Origin: a virus
Taxonomy: Duplodnaviria > Caudoviricetes
Reading direction: 5' to 3' (one strand)
IMG/VR virus record: IMGVR_UViG_3300007171_000004
Span: 128,001 to 192,000 of that record
DNA: 64,000 nt
Part shown: piece after piece, positions 40,281 through 49,970 of the stretch
Layout of the letters: each line of letters begins with the position of its first letter
How positions within the stretch are numbered: the first letter of the stretch is position 1
Notes under the pieces: model-generated
The model's database searches: none
Told to the model about the DNA's origin: nothing
The model's input: only the letters and a program-made list of their open reading frames with translations
Program-made: the position numbers and the translations under genes

Positions 40281-41863
40281 TCATAGACAGAATTCTGATA
40301 GATCAAAATCAGACGTTAGAAAATGATGACTCTGACTATCTTTTTTTCAATATATATTTTGAAAATTACATAGAAGGCTCTGAGTTAAACATTTATGCTG
40401 GAAATTTATTAGTATTTAGCATTAAAAATCCAATATCTCAAATCACAACTGGGTTTATAGTTCCTTTATTTAAATGCAAATATATACATATAATTATCAA
40501 CAACAATAATTGCATTTTAACAAATCTATCAACAGTAAAAAATTTCATCGAGTGGAAAACTAATAATTTTTCTAAGTCCAAAAGCAAAATGGTAGATGGT
40601 TATTTGGATAAAGTTATTGTAATGATGAGTGATGAAAAAGGGAATGAATGGCTTAAAAAATCTCTCCAATCAATAAAAACAAATGTAAATCTCAAAGATG
40701 TAAATTTAGCAATTATCAACCTAAATAATTCTAAAAAAGTCAAGAAAATATGCGAAGAAAATAATGCAATAGAAGTTCATGTTCAAGCTGATACAAACAG
40801 AATGATGCTCTGCAAGGGTTCATTGTATAGCATTGGTAACATTTTATTAGCTGAAAAATATCTATTTATCGATATAGACACAATTGTTCTAGATGATATT
40901 TCCATACTTTTATCTAAGATTGACATTAACTCAGGAATAAACATTTGCCAAGAAGGTGGAATACATGGAAAAAAGAACCTTAGCGACCTTCTTACTAATA
41001 ATCAAACACCTTATTTCTCAAGTGAAAAAGAATCTAAAGAATTAGTCCCATATATCACCAATCAAACTGCAATAAACGCTGGAATTTACTCTGGAGATAG
41101 AAAATCAATATTGCAGCTAGAGAGTAAGATAATTCAAATGGAGTATATGGGATTAAGATATATTGAAAGTAAAAAAGGAATAGATTGGAGAGAACAAGCT
41201 GTTTTTAATGTAGCTTTATCTCATAATAACAATATAAATATAATCCCCGAATACTTCAACTTTCAAATGCTAAATGTGAAAAACAAATCATTAGGTGAGA
41301 TTAAAGAATACATAGATAAAAATCAAATCAGAATATTACATTTCAATGGAGATTATGGAAAACAAATTTATGAACAATTCAAGGATTTAAACTTTACTTC
41401 AAAAAATGAATTTCATAAGAAAGTATTTAAGATTGAAGACAGATTAAATTTTGATAAGAAGTATTCCATCAGCCAAGTAGATAAAGTTTTAAATGACAAA
41501 GTTTTTAATAGAGAGAGTATTTTAGTCATTGATTCAAACTTAGTACCAGACTTTATTAAATACAAAGAAAAATTAGTAATTCTTGAAGATTATGATGAAA
41601 GGGAAGAAGAAGATTTAATAATTACCCAAAATATTTTCCTCAAAATCAAGACAAAAATAAACAAAAATTTTGATTTAATCTTAATCCACAACAAAAGAGA
41701 GCGAAGAAATACAAAAATTATTCTAAATTTAGCTAAAAACTTGCTTAAAAACAGCGGAATATTAATCATAGAGTCAGAAGATAAACAAGAGAAATTAATT
41801 GATAAAAACGATTTAGAATTTAGCTTTATGAACAAGAGATATGAGGTCTATTTTGGAAACTGA
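40277..41863 (+). CDS. GT8-like glycosyltransferase fused to a degenerate class I methyltransferase-like C-terminal domain
   Basis: GT8 motifs LFIDIDTIVLDDIS, INAGIY, EQAVFN, YFNFQ, ILHFNG; C-terminal FDLILIH..LLKNSGILII. Confidence 0.75.
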   Translation: MIIDRILIDQNQTLENDDSDYLFFNIYFENYIEGSELNIYAGNLLVFSIKNPISQITTGFIVPLFKCKYIHIIINNNNCILTNLSTVKNFIEWKTNNFSKSKSKMVDGYLDKVIVMMSDEKGNEWLKKSLQSIKTNVNLKDVNLAIINLNNSKKVKKICEENNAIEVHVQADTNRMMLCKGSLYSIGNILLAEKYLFIDIDTIVLDDISILLSKIDINSGINICQEGGIHGKKNLSDLLTNNQTPYFSSEKESKELVPYITNQTAINAGIYSGDRKSILQLESKIIQMEYMGLRYIESKKGIDWREQAVFNVALSHNNNINIIPEYFNFQMLNVKNKSLGEIKEYIDKNQIRILHFNGDYGKQIYEQFKDLNFTSKNEFHKKVFKIEDRLNFDKKYSISQVDKVLNDKVFNRESILVIDSNLVPDFIKYKEKLVILEDYDEREEEDLIITQNIFLKIKTKINKNFDLILIHNKRERRNTKIILNLAKNLLKNSGILIIESEDKQEKLIDKNDLEFSFMNKRYEVYFGN

Positions 41864-42728
41864 AATACAAAAGTTAATTAATTCTGGAATGACGTTAACA
41901 GAGATTAAACAAAGATACGATTTAAAAGTTAACTTTGATTTAGATAGAAAGTTAGTGTGTTTCGATTATAGGTCTGTGTCGCCTCATTCAGAACTTTTAG
42001 TAAGACAAGCTAGAGGACTGATCCTTTCAACAGAAGATTGGTCTTTAGTAGCCAAACCAATGGAAGCTTTTTATGAGGATTACAGTAAGAATTCAAGACT
42101 GGACTTATTCGATTGGGAAAGTGCATATGCTATACCAAAATATGATGGTTGCATGCTTGAATTATATTACCACAAAAATGAATGGTGTTTAGGTACTAGA
42201 TTTGTCCCTTATGCATCTTGGCCAGTCTACACATTGTACAGCCCAACAAATACAGTTTCTTGGATTGAGTTATTTAAAAATACCCTAGTTGAACTTGGAT
42301 ATAGCTTTGACTCTTTAACTGCTGACTTAGACCCAAATTTTACCTACTGCTTTGAGGTATTTGGGAAAGTGAACAGAAACGTAGTGATTTATGAAAATAA
42401 TCAGCTAAAAGCAATATCAATCGTAAACAAAGAAAACTTCACAGAATCATGTATATTTGAGCATAAAATTTTGAATTCTAAATACATTAACTTAATTCCA
42501 GAACGAATCAAAGTAAACAATCTTTCAGAAGCATACAGTTTAGTGGAAAATCAAGATCCTTTAGAGATTGAGGGATATGTACTGATCGACAAAAATTTTA
42601 ATAGACTTAAGATTAGAAACCAAAAATATGTGGAAATACTTGAAGACTCTAATGGTAAAAATGAAGTAGAAGCTTTGAATACTTTCATTGCTTTAGACAA
42701 TCTTGGAATTACATTACCAGAACCATAA
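41841..42728 (+). CDS. RNA ligase, T4 Rnl1 family
   Basis: Nucleotidyltransferase motifs: RQARGLI, motif I KYDG, Ia GTR, III TYCFE, IV EGYV, V RLKIR..Y. Confidence 0.85.
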   Translation: MRSILETEIQKLINSGMTLTEIKQRYDLKVNFDLDRKLVCFDYRSVSPHSELLVRQARGLILSTEDWSLVAKPMEAFYEDYSKNSRLDLFDWESAYAIPKYDGCMLELYYHKNEWCLGTRFVPYASWPVYTLYSPTNTVSWIELFKNTLVELGYSFDSLTADLDPNFTYCFEVFGKVNRNVVIYENNQLKAISIVNKENFTESCIFEHKILNSKYINLIPERIKVNNLSEAYSLVENQDPLEIEGYVLIDKNFNRLKIRNQKYVEILEDSNGKNEVEALNTFIALDNLGITLPEP

Positions 42729-42973
42729 TGAACAATTCAAGTTATCTAATTGCAAGAATAGCAAACATGGCTCAATGGGTAACAAGTGAATATTTTAAAA
42801 TGAAAGATTTACCTGAAGAGTTCAAGAAATTACATATATTAAATGAAATATTTCCAGAGTATGTAAATGGGATGGATAATGGATTAACTTTAACAGAAAT
42901 ATTTAAAGATACATCTGCTGAGGAAACTCTTAAAAGACTTTATAAGTTTGAAGAAATGATAAATAATAATTAA
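42728..42973 (+). CDS. Small helical protein (81 aa), possibly a detached Rnl1 C-terminal domain
   Basis: TAATG coupling to the ligase, which ends about 35 aa after motif V. Confidence 0.55.
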   Translation: MNNSSYLIARIANMAQWVTSEYFKMKDLPEEFKKLHILNEIFPEYVNGMDNGLTLTEIFKDTSAEETLKRLYKFEEMINNN

Positions 42974-42979
42974 ATTTAT

Positions 42980-43068
42980 GTAAATAATTACTGTATGATT
43001 TTAAGCTCTATACGTATGTATTCTTAATTAACAGTAAATAATTAACGTATGTATTATTACTACGTATT
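42980..43068. repeat. AT-rich intergenic direct and inverted repeat cluster
   Basis: GTAAATAATTA at 42980 and 43034; ACGTATGTATT at 43012 and 43045; TACGTATT at 43061; 12/14 inverted match between 42981-42994 and 43031-43044. Confidence 0.7.
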
Positions 43069-43168
43069 ACATATTTTCTAATTTATATTGTTTATATTAT
43101 TCTAATATATATATGTATTCCCCTAGATTATCGGGTGTAAAAAAAACGAAAAAATTAAGGAGTTTGAG

Positions 43169-43474
43169 ATGGACGAAAATAACATTGGTTTGAATGATTT
43201 GGATTACAAGACTCTTGAGAATCCTGACACAGGGTACAATACTGCTAACATGGTTGACACGACTGTTAATCCAGCTATTGAGAGTTTTGTTAATAGAGCT
43301 AAAATAAAGCCAGTAGGTAATGATACCGACACTGTACACACTTTCTCTGTTTCTTTCAAGGCAAAAGATAAGGTTTCTGAATCAAAGGTAATGGAAGGTG
43401 TTTTGGCAATTTGTGACGAGAACGGAATCGATATTGAAAAGTTCTCATGGCAAAAGAGTCAAGATAAAAAGTAA
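43169..43474 (+). CDS. Hypothetical protein (101 aa)
   Basis: Strong AAGGAG RBS; possible ferredoxin-like C-terminal beta-alpha-beta. Confidence 0.75.
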   Translation: MDENNIGLNDLDYKTLENPDTGYNTANMVDTTVNPAIESFVNRAKIKPVGNDTDTVHTFSVSFKAKDKVSESKVMEGVLAICDENGIDIEKFSWQKSQDKK

Positions 43475-43477
43475 TTA

Positions 43478-44062
43478 ATGGACGAAGAGAAGATTAAATC
43501 GCTAAGAGCAACATTTACAACATCTTCAGCAAATGAGTTTCTAGCGCCAACAAAAAATAAATTTGGCCACACTGTTTTAAATAATTCAGATAATAACATT
43601 AATGAAGAAACTACAGAAGTAGAAATTGACTCTGAAGGTTTAGTCTCTGCAAATCCAAAGTATTCAGTATTTGATTCAAAAGAGTTCAATGAGTTTGCTG
43701 AAAAAATTATAAATTCAGAATCACAAGAAGATTTTGAAGAGGTAGAGCAAGTAGAAGTTAAAACAGTTGACTTAGCATCTCTTATTTCAGAACTTGATGA
43801 AATGGATGGAACTTCTAATAAATTTAAGCCTTATCAAAATTCAGATGGTTCATTGCAGATAGATCCTAATACAAGTATAAATTGGAGATATGACCTTACT
43901 AAAAGTTGTGCCAATAAAGATTGTTTGTATGATCTTCCTAAAGATGCTAAATTTTGTATGAAATGCGGAACTGCTCAGATGCCAAAGTTTTGCACAGAAT
44001 GTGGATATAGCTTTCCTGGGATGGAAAAATTCTGTCCTGATTGTGGAACTAAGCGCAATTAA
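43478..44062 (+). CDS. Acidic protein with C-terminal double zinc ribbon (DZR)
   Basis: CANKDC..KFCMKCG..KFCTECG..KFCPDCGTK; Glu/Asp-rich N-terminal region. Confidence 0.8.
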   Translation: MDEEKIKSLRATFTTSSANEFLAPTKNKFGHTVLNNSDNNINEETTEVEIDSEGLVSANPKYSVFDSKEFNEFAEKIINSESQEDFEEVEQVEVKTVDLASLISELDEMDGTSNKFKPYQNSDGSLQIDPNTSINWRYDLTKSCANKDCLYDLPKDAKFCMKCGTAQMPKFCTECGYSFPGMEKFCPDCGTKRN

Positions 44063-44112
44063 TACAGGAAAAAGTATATCTATTTTTCAATTATTAATCA
44101 GAGGAATTTGAT

Positions 44113-44787
44113 ATGCTGAGATCCTGGTATCCATTAGCCAAAGAAGTTATATCTTTACGTAAACACATTTTAAGAGCAGATCTATGTGTCTGGATTGATG
44201 ACATTGATCAAAATACTAATGTAAATGTTTTAGACTCCCAAGTTAAATCCATCTTAATGGCTTCAATTTCAAAAGGTCTAGATATAATCGGGGTTGTTAA
44301 TACTACTGGACCTAATATTGGCTTAAGAGCTTCTATCTTGGCTAAAGAACAAAATCTTGATTTGACAGTATTAGCTGGTCAATCTTATAAAACACAAGAA
44401 GGGCAAGAATTATTTGTATATAAGCTTGCTAAACCTTTACCCTTAAATTTAACCCTAGATAAAGTTTGTCAATTAGCTCATAAAAACGGTGGATTTGTCA
44501 TGGCTAGGAATGCTGGCAAAAGAAAAATGCAAATCCTTAATAAATTAAAAGAAACTTCACAAAATTATCCTGATGCAGTTGAAATCTATAATGCAAATGC
44601 TGGTGGATATTTAGATATTGAAGTTGATTATCCTAGATTTATTTCGTCTGGAGCTACATCTGGCAATGATCTTGAAAGAATTAATGCTTACACTCTTATT
44701 GGAAGAAAAGATGCTACAGAGTTAGGTTTAATTCAGAGTGAAGAAGGCATTGACTATACACCTGATTATTTGGAGAATGTAAAATAA
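44113..44787 (+). CDS. PHP-fold protein lacking metal ligands (pseudo-enzyme)
   Basis: Collinear with the PHP scaffold: ADLCVW (DLHxH), GLDIIGVVNT (TDH), GQS (GxE), GGFVMARN (AHP), PDAVEIYN, SSGAT (SDAH). Confidence 0.7.
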   Translation: MLRSWYPLAKEVISLRKHILRADLCVWIDDIDQNTNVNVLDSQVKSILMASISKGLDIIGVVNTTGPNIGLRASILAKEQNLDLTVLAGQSYKTQEGQELFVYKLAKPLPLNLTLDKVCQLAHKNGGFVMARNAGKRKMQILNKLKETSQNYPDAVEIYNANAGGYLDIEVDYPRFISSGATSGNDLERINAYTLIGRKDATELGLIQSEEGIDYTPDYLENVK

Positions 44788-45281
44788 TGGCACGATCTTA
44801 TTGTTCAGTTAATGACCTTAAAAAATATTTACCACCCAATGTTGTTGTAGAGGGAGATAATCCTACACCCAATTATAGAAATCCAGCACCAGAAACAGCA
44901 GCTAATATTGATCTTGAATACTATATAAATCAAGCATCTTCTGAAATTGATGCAAACCTAGCTGTACATTACGATATTCCATTAAAACAGGTGAATTTAG
45001 GCGGTGAAGTTAGCTATCCACACCCAATTCCTGTTATTTGTGCAATCATGGCAGCTAATTTATTTTATGCACAAGGATTACAAGGCGCAGACAGGCAATT
45101 CTCTGAAGCTCAAAAAGAGAGATTTGATTGGGCAATGAATGAATTGATTAGAATCCAAAATGGTGAAATGAGACTTTTTGGACAAAGAAACACCAGAGTA
45201 GATAGATTTGTTAGAAGTACCTTAAGACCTGTGCCTATGAATCCAACTGAAGGCAAGAGATCTAAGGGCAAGAATCAATAA
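44787..45281 (+). CDS. Head-tail adaptor, Mu gp36/DUF1320-like
   Basis: YCSVNDL..INQASSEIDANL..HYDIPL..IPVICAIMAA..AMNELIRIQNGEMRL is the family pattern. Confidence 0.8.
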   Translation: MARSYCSVNDLKKYLPPNVVVEGDNPTPNYRNPAPETAANIDLEYYINQASSEIDANLAVHYDIPLKQVNLGGEVSYPHPIPVICAIMAANLFYAQGLQGADRQFSEAQKERFDWAMNELIRIQNGEMRLFGQRNTRVDRFVRSTLRPVPMNPTEGKRSKGKNQ

Positions 45282-45291
45282 GGAATAAGCA

Positions 45292-46068
45292 ATGGTTGAA
45301 AGAATTTACGATACAATCAAAGCTTTAATATTCCATGAACTTCCTAAAAATGCTAATGGTTTTGCTGTAGTATTTGATAGACCAATATTAGGATGGTATT
45401 TTGGCGATAGAGATATTAAACCATCAAATTTATCTGTCATATTAAACAACACTTCTTCGCAAATTAAAGATATAGGCTTAGGTATTCAAGAATTTACATA
45501 CACAGTAAATATTTCAATTGATGCTGGAACTGATAATGTTGAAAACTCTGAAAGATTAGTTTTAGAAGCCAATAGATTAATTTTGCAAGCGTTAAGGAAA
45601 CATAGAAGAATGTGGGTTATGGAATTATGTCCTATCTGTTCTAAACTTCCTTTGACCCCAACTCATTACACCTTAGATCATGCTACGATTTTTAGTCCAT
45701 ATGTAACAACAGCTCAGAATAATTTTAATGCTTTATGGGCAGATTCTCACAGCAATGCATACCCAGCACCAGCATTGCCAACTTCAGGATTGGCTACAGA
45801 AGCATTTAATCTAGTGTATGATGCAGTAAAAAATAATTCAGCAGTTACAAATTTGACAACAGGTTCTAGAAATAACATTAAGCAACTTCAAGCCGATATG
45901 TGTGAACCTATCAGATTGCTTTATGATGTTCAAATAAGTGATGCAAAACCTTCAGAAGATTCGAGAGGGCAAGCTTTACTGAAGAGTGGCTCACTTACAC
46001 TTACTGCTAAAGAAATTGTAAAAATTACATCATTCGGTCCTGATAACGTACCAACAACAGCAGCTTAA
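45292..46068 (+). CDS. Tail completion/terminator-like protein (lambda gpU/Mu gp37-like) with an inserted Zn-binding subdomain
   Basis: Helix-strand pattern ending in LLKSGSLTLTAKE; insert CPIC-x8-H-x4-H; follows the adaptor gene. Confidence 0.55.
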   Translation: MVERIYDTIKALIFHELPKNANGFAVVFDRPILGWYFGDRDIKPSNLSVILNNTSSQIKDIGLGIQEFTYTVNISIDAGTDNVENSERLVLEANRLILQALRKHRRMWVMELCPICSKLPLTPTHYTLDHATIFSPYVTTAQNNFNALWADSHSNAYPAPALPTSGLATEAFNLVYDAVKNNSAVTNLTTGSRNNIKQLQADMCEPIRLLYDVQISDAKPSEDSRGQALLKSGSLTLTAKEIVKITSFGPDNVPTTAA

Positions 46069-46070
46069 AA

Positions 46071-49000
46071 ATGAGTGAAATAAAAAGAGATGGTCTAGTT
46101 TTAATTACTAATACTTTCGGCAAATCTAAGGGTATTTTGTCGGATGCTTTTGGTACACTAGATAATTCTTTTAAGACAAGACTATTAGTAGAATCTGTTC
46201 TATGTAATCTTAAAGGTTCTATCGAATTTCATGACACTGATTATGCTCAAAATTATCTTAAATACAACACATCTGATAATTTAGGTCTTGGAATTATGGG
46301 AGCAGATTTTGTTCCTAAAAGACAAAATTATTTACCATTTACAACATTAACAGGTGATTGGAATCCTACAAAAGAGGGGCCACCAAGTACTGAAGGATGG
46401 GGAGTATGGAATTATAACGCATGGTCAGGATATCTACCAACATCAGGAATTTTAACGGCAAACTCTAGCGAACCTCCAACTACACCATCTCCATCTCAGC
46501 CTGATGGATATTTGAGATTAGCTTATGATTATCCAGTAAGATATGATGGTGCTAATTATCAAAGGGTCCCATTCTTTAGTTCTGCAAGATGGATTTCAAT
46601 TAAAAATCTTTCAGGAACAAATTTATCAAGTTTATCAAATACAGAAATTAAATTTGATATTCCGAAATCTACTTTTGATGGATGTTCTAATTTTGGAATT
46701 GATGATATTCCTAAAGATTTAAGATTTTATTCTCATCCTAAATTAGTTCAAAGTTATTCAAGTAATGTTTGGGAAGTAATATCAGTTCCTAATAGTTATG
46801 AACAATTATCTATAGTTAATTTTAAAGTTGAAATTAAAGATATATCCACCTATACAATTAGCTTAAATTTAAATATTTTTGATGGTGTTACATATTCTTT
46901 TACTAATAACAAATATTGGCATGTTGTAGCTTATTGGAAATCTAAGGATGTAATGCCAAGTAATTCTTATTTAAATCTTGCAACTGATTACATTGCTACA
47001 GATTTAATCATTGGAAATAGAAAAAACTTCTTTGATAAAAACATCCTAACAGCTATAAATTTTAATCTTACTGGAATAAATGATGTTAATAAATATCTCT
47101 ATTCTGATAACAAAACTCTATTCAAATATTTAGATGGAGAATTTTCTAACCCAAGCTCTCCATCTAGATATCTATTGACTGATATCCCGAATACTATCAA
47201 CAATTCTTTATCTGAATTAGGCTCTTTGAGAGATAATGAGTTCAAATTTGTAAACATCCTTACTTTGAATAATGGAGCTAATGGATTTACTCCGACTGCC
47301 CAATTTTTAATTCAACATTCCCCAGCAATAAGTGGTGAATTTATCGATAGTTTTGAAGAAAGCAGTTTTTATCCAGCATTTTCAAGTGATTATGATTTAG
47401 TAGCTAGAGCAATAATTACTAAGTCTGTTAATAAATATGGATTGGCAGAAAGTTCTTCGATTCAAGTTAAAAATGAAATAGTATTTTTTGAACAGATTAT
47501 TAAGAACTTTGCTAAAAATAAAGTTTCTGATGTAGATATAGCAGAGACAATTACTCCTGCGTATATAGCTTTTGTAAATGAATTAAGGCAAACAGATTTT
47601 AATGAATTAGTAGAATCTGGATTTTATGATTCTTTCTATACTGCTATTGATGGAGAAACTTATAATTTAGGGTCTTTGCCAGAAATTAAAACAGATACAA
47701 ATTACCAAAAAATAATTCACTATTTACTTAAAAAACCTACTCAAACAGACTTACAAAACGCTAATAATGCCGAACCTAAATCTATTCAATTTGATAAATA
47801 TGGCAGACAATCTATTTATGATTTGACATTTTTACAACCTTCTACTATCCTTGGAACCTTATATTCTAATAGACTTGAGATGTCTTCTGAATTAATTTCC
47901 ACTGAGGTTAATGTTGAAATTTATCAAGAACAATCATTTTTATGTGAATCTGTAGACCTTAAAAGTGCTGGTAATAAAATTGGCCAAGATTATACACTAA
48001 GATTAGAATTCCAAGACAGTTCAAAAAATATACTAAAAAAAGATCTTGGAATTATGGCTTCTAAATATTTTCTTTCTGATGATGATTATGACAAAAGGGT
48101 TGCTAATTCATTATCTACTATTGGCTATTTCAAGCTTTCAACTCTTCAGAATATAAATGATTTTAGATTACATGGATATGCTGCATTAATTCCTGATCTT
48201 GAAATGGGAAAGTCTCAAAAAGTACTAACTAAAGTTGTTTCGCCACCAGATTCGACTAAAATAACTGAAGAAGCTTTTAGATTAAATTTAGCTAACCAAG
48301 GATATACTGAAGAGCAAATTAATGAGGAAGTTTTAAAGTTCTTAGAAGATGGAGGAGAATTTTATGTTGTTGATTATTCTCAATATCCTAATACATGGGT
48401 TTCTCTTAAAAATTTGGCATTAACTTATTCTGAGTATACAAATTCAATTACCCCATATTGGAAAAACAATTTGCCTCAAAGATTTGGTTATAAGCCATTA
48501 CAGACAGATGACCCAGCTCCGTTAATCGAGAAAATTGTGGCTGATTCTTTTACTATAGCTGAAACTGGATATACTCTTTCAAATATATCTGAATTAGAAA
48601 ATCATGGCAATCAAAAAACAGCTATTAATGATGTAAATTTAAATAATGCTCTTGGTGGATCTTCATTATTACTTACAAAATATACTGCAATCAAACTGAA
48701 TCCTCAAATCAATTCTTCATTACAATTTACAAAAATAAATCTTAAAATTACACTAGATTCTGGTAAGACTAAACTGTTAAATGAGGATGTTGCTGAAATA
48801 AAAACTCATATTTATTCAAGCGTAAATAACTTACCAGCAGAGAATCTTAAATCAGGCACTTCGGTAACTTTTGCAGATTTAACGACATCTTTTGCAGCAT
48901 ATGAATTTAAATTAGATTTTGAATTAAACAGCAATAATGATTATTGGATTGTTATAGAACTATCTTCTTTGCCAATTGATGGAGATATTTATTTAGAAGT

Positions 49001-49970
49001 TTTAAGTTCAGGATCTAATATAGCTCAACCTAATACTAATGATGAGTGGGTTTTAGGCACAGGAACTTCAGTGATAAATTGCTATAAAAAGCCTGTAGAA
49101 ATATTTGGAGCTTTTAATAGAGATGAATCTAATGTTCTTGAATATCTACCTCCGCCTAATCAATATAGAAGTTCCGGTCAATTATATTATGTAGATGGAT
49201 ATGCTTCGTTTACATGCAAAAAATTCGAATCACCAAAAGTTTTAGCATTTTATCCTAGAGCATTTGTTAACAATTCTTCTGCTTGGCAATATGCAGCTTG
49301 TTCTAACGACATTTATGTTGCAATTAGATATAAACAAAACAATAGGGTTATTTCTGAAACAAAAAAAATATTCAGTAAATCTCCTAAATGGCGAACAAAA
49401 TGGTGGCAAAAGAATCAAGAAAACTATCATATTATTAACGAATTAGATGAAGTTTTATTAGATGTAGTAGATTTTGAAATTAATTACCCAAATGCTAATG
49501 ATCTTTTAGATAATAATGCAACATATTTAAATTCAATCACTACAGGATCTTTTGTGCCTTTATTTAGCGAAACATATACATTTAATTTTGCAGTCACTGG
49601 CGGATTGAGAGTGTATATTGACAATGTTTTAGTGATAGATCAATGGAATAATATAATTGATTCAACTTTTACTTTTTCAAAAACATTATTGACAACTCAA
49701 GAATATAAAATTAAGTTAGAATTCAGTTACACAAATCTTACAACATCTGGTTCAGCAATTAAATATATAGCTAGATGGTCTTCCTCATCTCAGTCTTTAG
49801 CTTTAATTAATTACAACTCCGCTTTTAATCCAACTCTAAGTCCAGTTTTAATTTCACCAGATCCTATCGATAGTCTTTTGTATTTAAGAGTTGGCAAAAG
49901 CTTAGAAGAATTAGATACTCCAACAGATGGTGCTCCTCCAGGGGACAGAATTGTAATTAGGACAGTATAA
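46071..49970 (+). CDS. Large structural protein (1299 aa) with beta-sandwich module and C-terminal PA14-like domain
   Basis: GSFVPLFSETYTFNFAVTGGLRVYIDNVLVIDQW (PA14-like); IYS..NNLP..NSNNDYWIVIE module shared with 5244-8900. Confidence 0.6.
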   Translation: MSEIKRDGLVLITNTFGKSKGILSDAFGTLDNSFKTRLLVESVLCNLKGSIEFHDTDYAQNYLKYNTSDNLGLGIMGADFVPKRQNYLPFTTLTGDWNPTKEGPPSTEGWGVWNYNAWSGYLPTSGILTANSSEPPTTPSPSQPDGYLRLAYDYPVRYDGANYQRVPFFSSARWISIKNLSGTNLSSLSNTEIKFDIPKSTFDGCSNFGIDDIPKDLRFYSHPKLVQSYSSNVWEVISVPNSYEQLSIVNFKVEIKDISTYTISLNLNIFDGVTYSFTNNKYWHVVAYWKSKDVMPSNSYLNLATDYIATDLIIGNRKNFFDKNILTAINFNLTGINDVNKYLYSDNKTLFKYLDGEFSNPSSPSRYLLTDIPNTINNSLSELGSLRDNEFKFVNILTLNNGANGFTPTAQFLIQHSPAISGEFIDSFEESSFYPAFSSDYDLVARAIITKSVNKYGLAESSSIQVKNEIVFFEQIIKNFAKNKVSDVDIAETITPAYIAFVNELRQTDFNELVESGFYDSFYTAIDGETYNLGSLPEIKTDTNYQKIIHYLLKKPTQTDLQNANNAEPKSIQFDKYGRQSIYDLTFLQPSTILGTLYSNRLEMSSELISTEVNVEIYQEQSFLCESVDLKSAGNKIGQDYTLRLEFQDSSKNILKKDLGIMASKYFLSDDDYDKRVANSLSTIGYFKLSTLQNINDFRLHGYAALIPDLEMGKSQKVLTKVVSPPDSTKITEEAFRLNLANQGYTEEQINEEVLKFLEDGGEFYVVDYSQYPNTWVSLKNLALTYSEYTNSITPYWKNNLPQRFGYKPLQTDDPAPLIEKIVADSFTIAETGYTLSNISELENHGNQKTAINDVNLNNALGGSSLLLTKYTAIKLNPQINSSLQFTKINLKITLDSGKTKLLNEDVAEIKTHIYSSVNNLPAENLKSGTSVTFADLTTSFAAYEFKLDFELNSNNDYWIVIELSSLPIDGDIYLEVLSSGSNIAQPNTNDEWVLGTGTSVINCYKKPVEIFGAFNRDESNVLEYLPPPNQYRSSGQLYYVDGYASFTCKKFESPKVLAFYPRAFVNNSSAWQYAACSNDIYVAIRYKQNNRVISETKKIFSKSPKWRTKWWQKNQENYHIINELDEVLLDVVDFEINYPNANDLLDNNATYLNSITTGSFVPLFSETYTFNFAVTGGLRVYIDNVLVIDQWNNIIDSTFTFSKTLLTTQEYKIKLEFSYTNLTTSGSAIKYIARWSSSSQSLALINYNSAFNPTLSPVLISPDPIDSLLYLRVGKSLEELDTPTDGAPPGDRIVIRTV

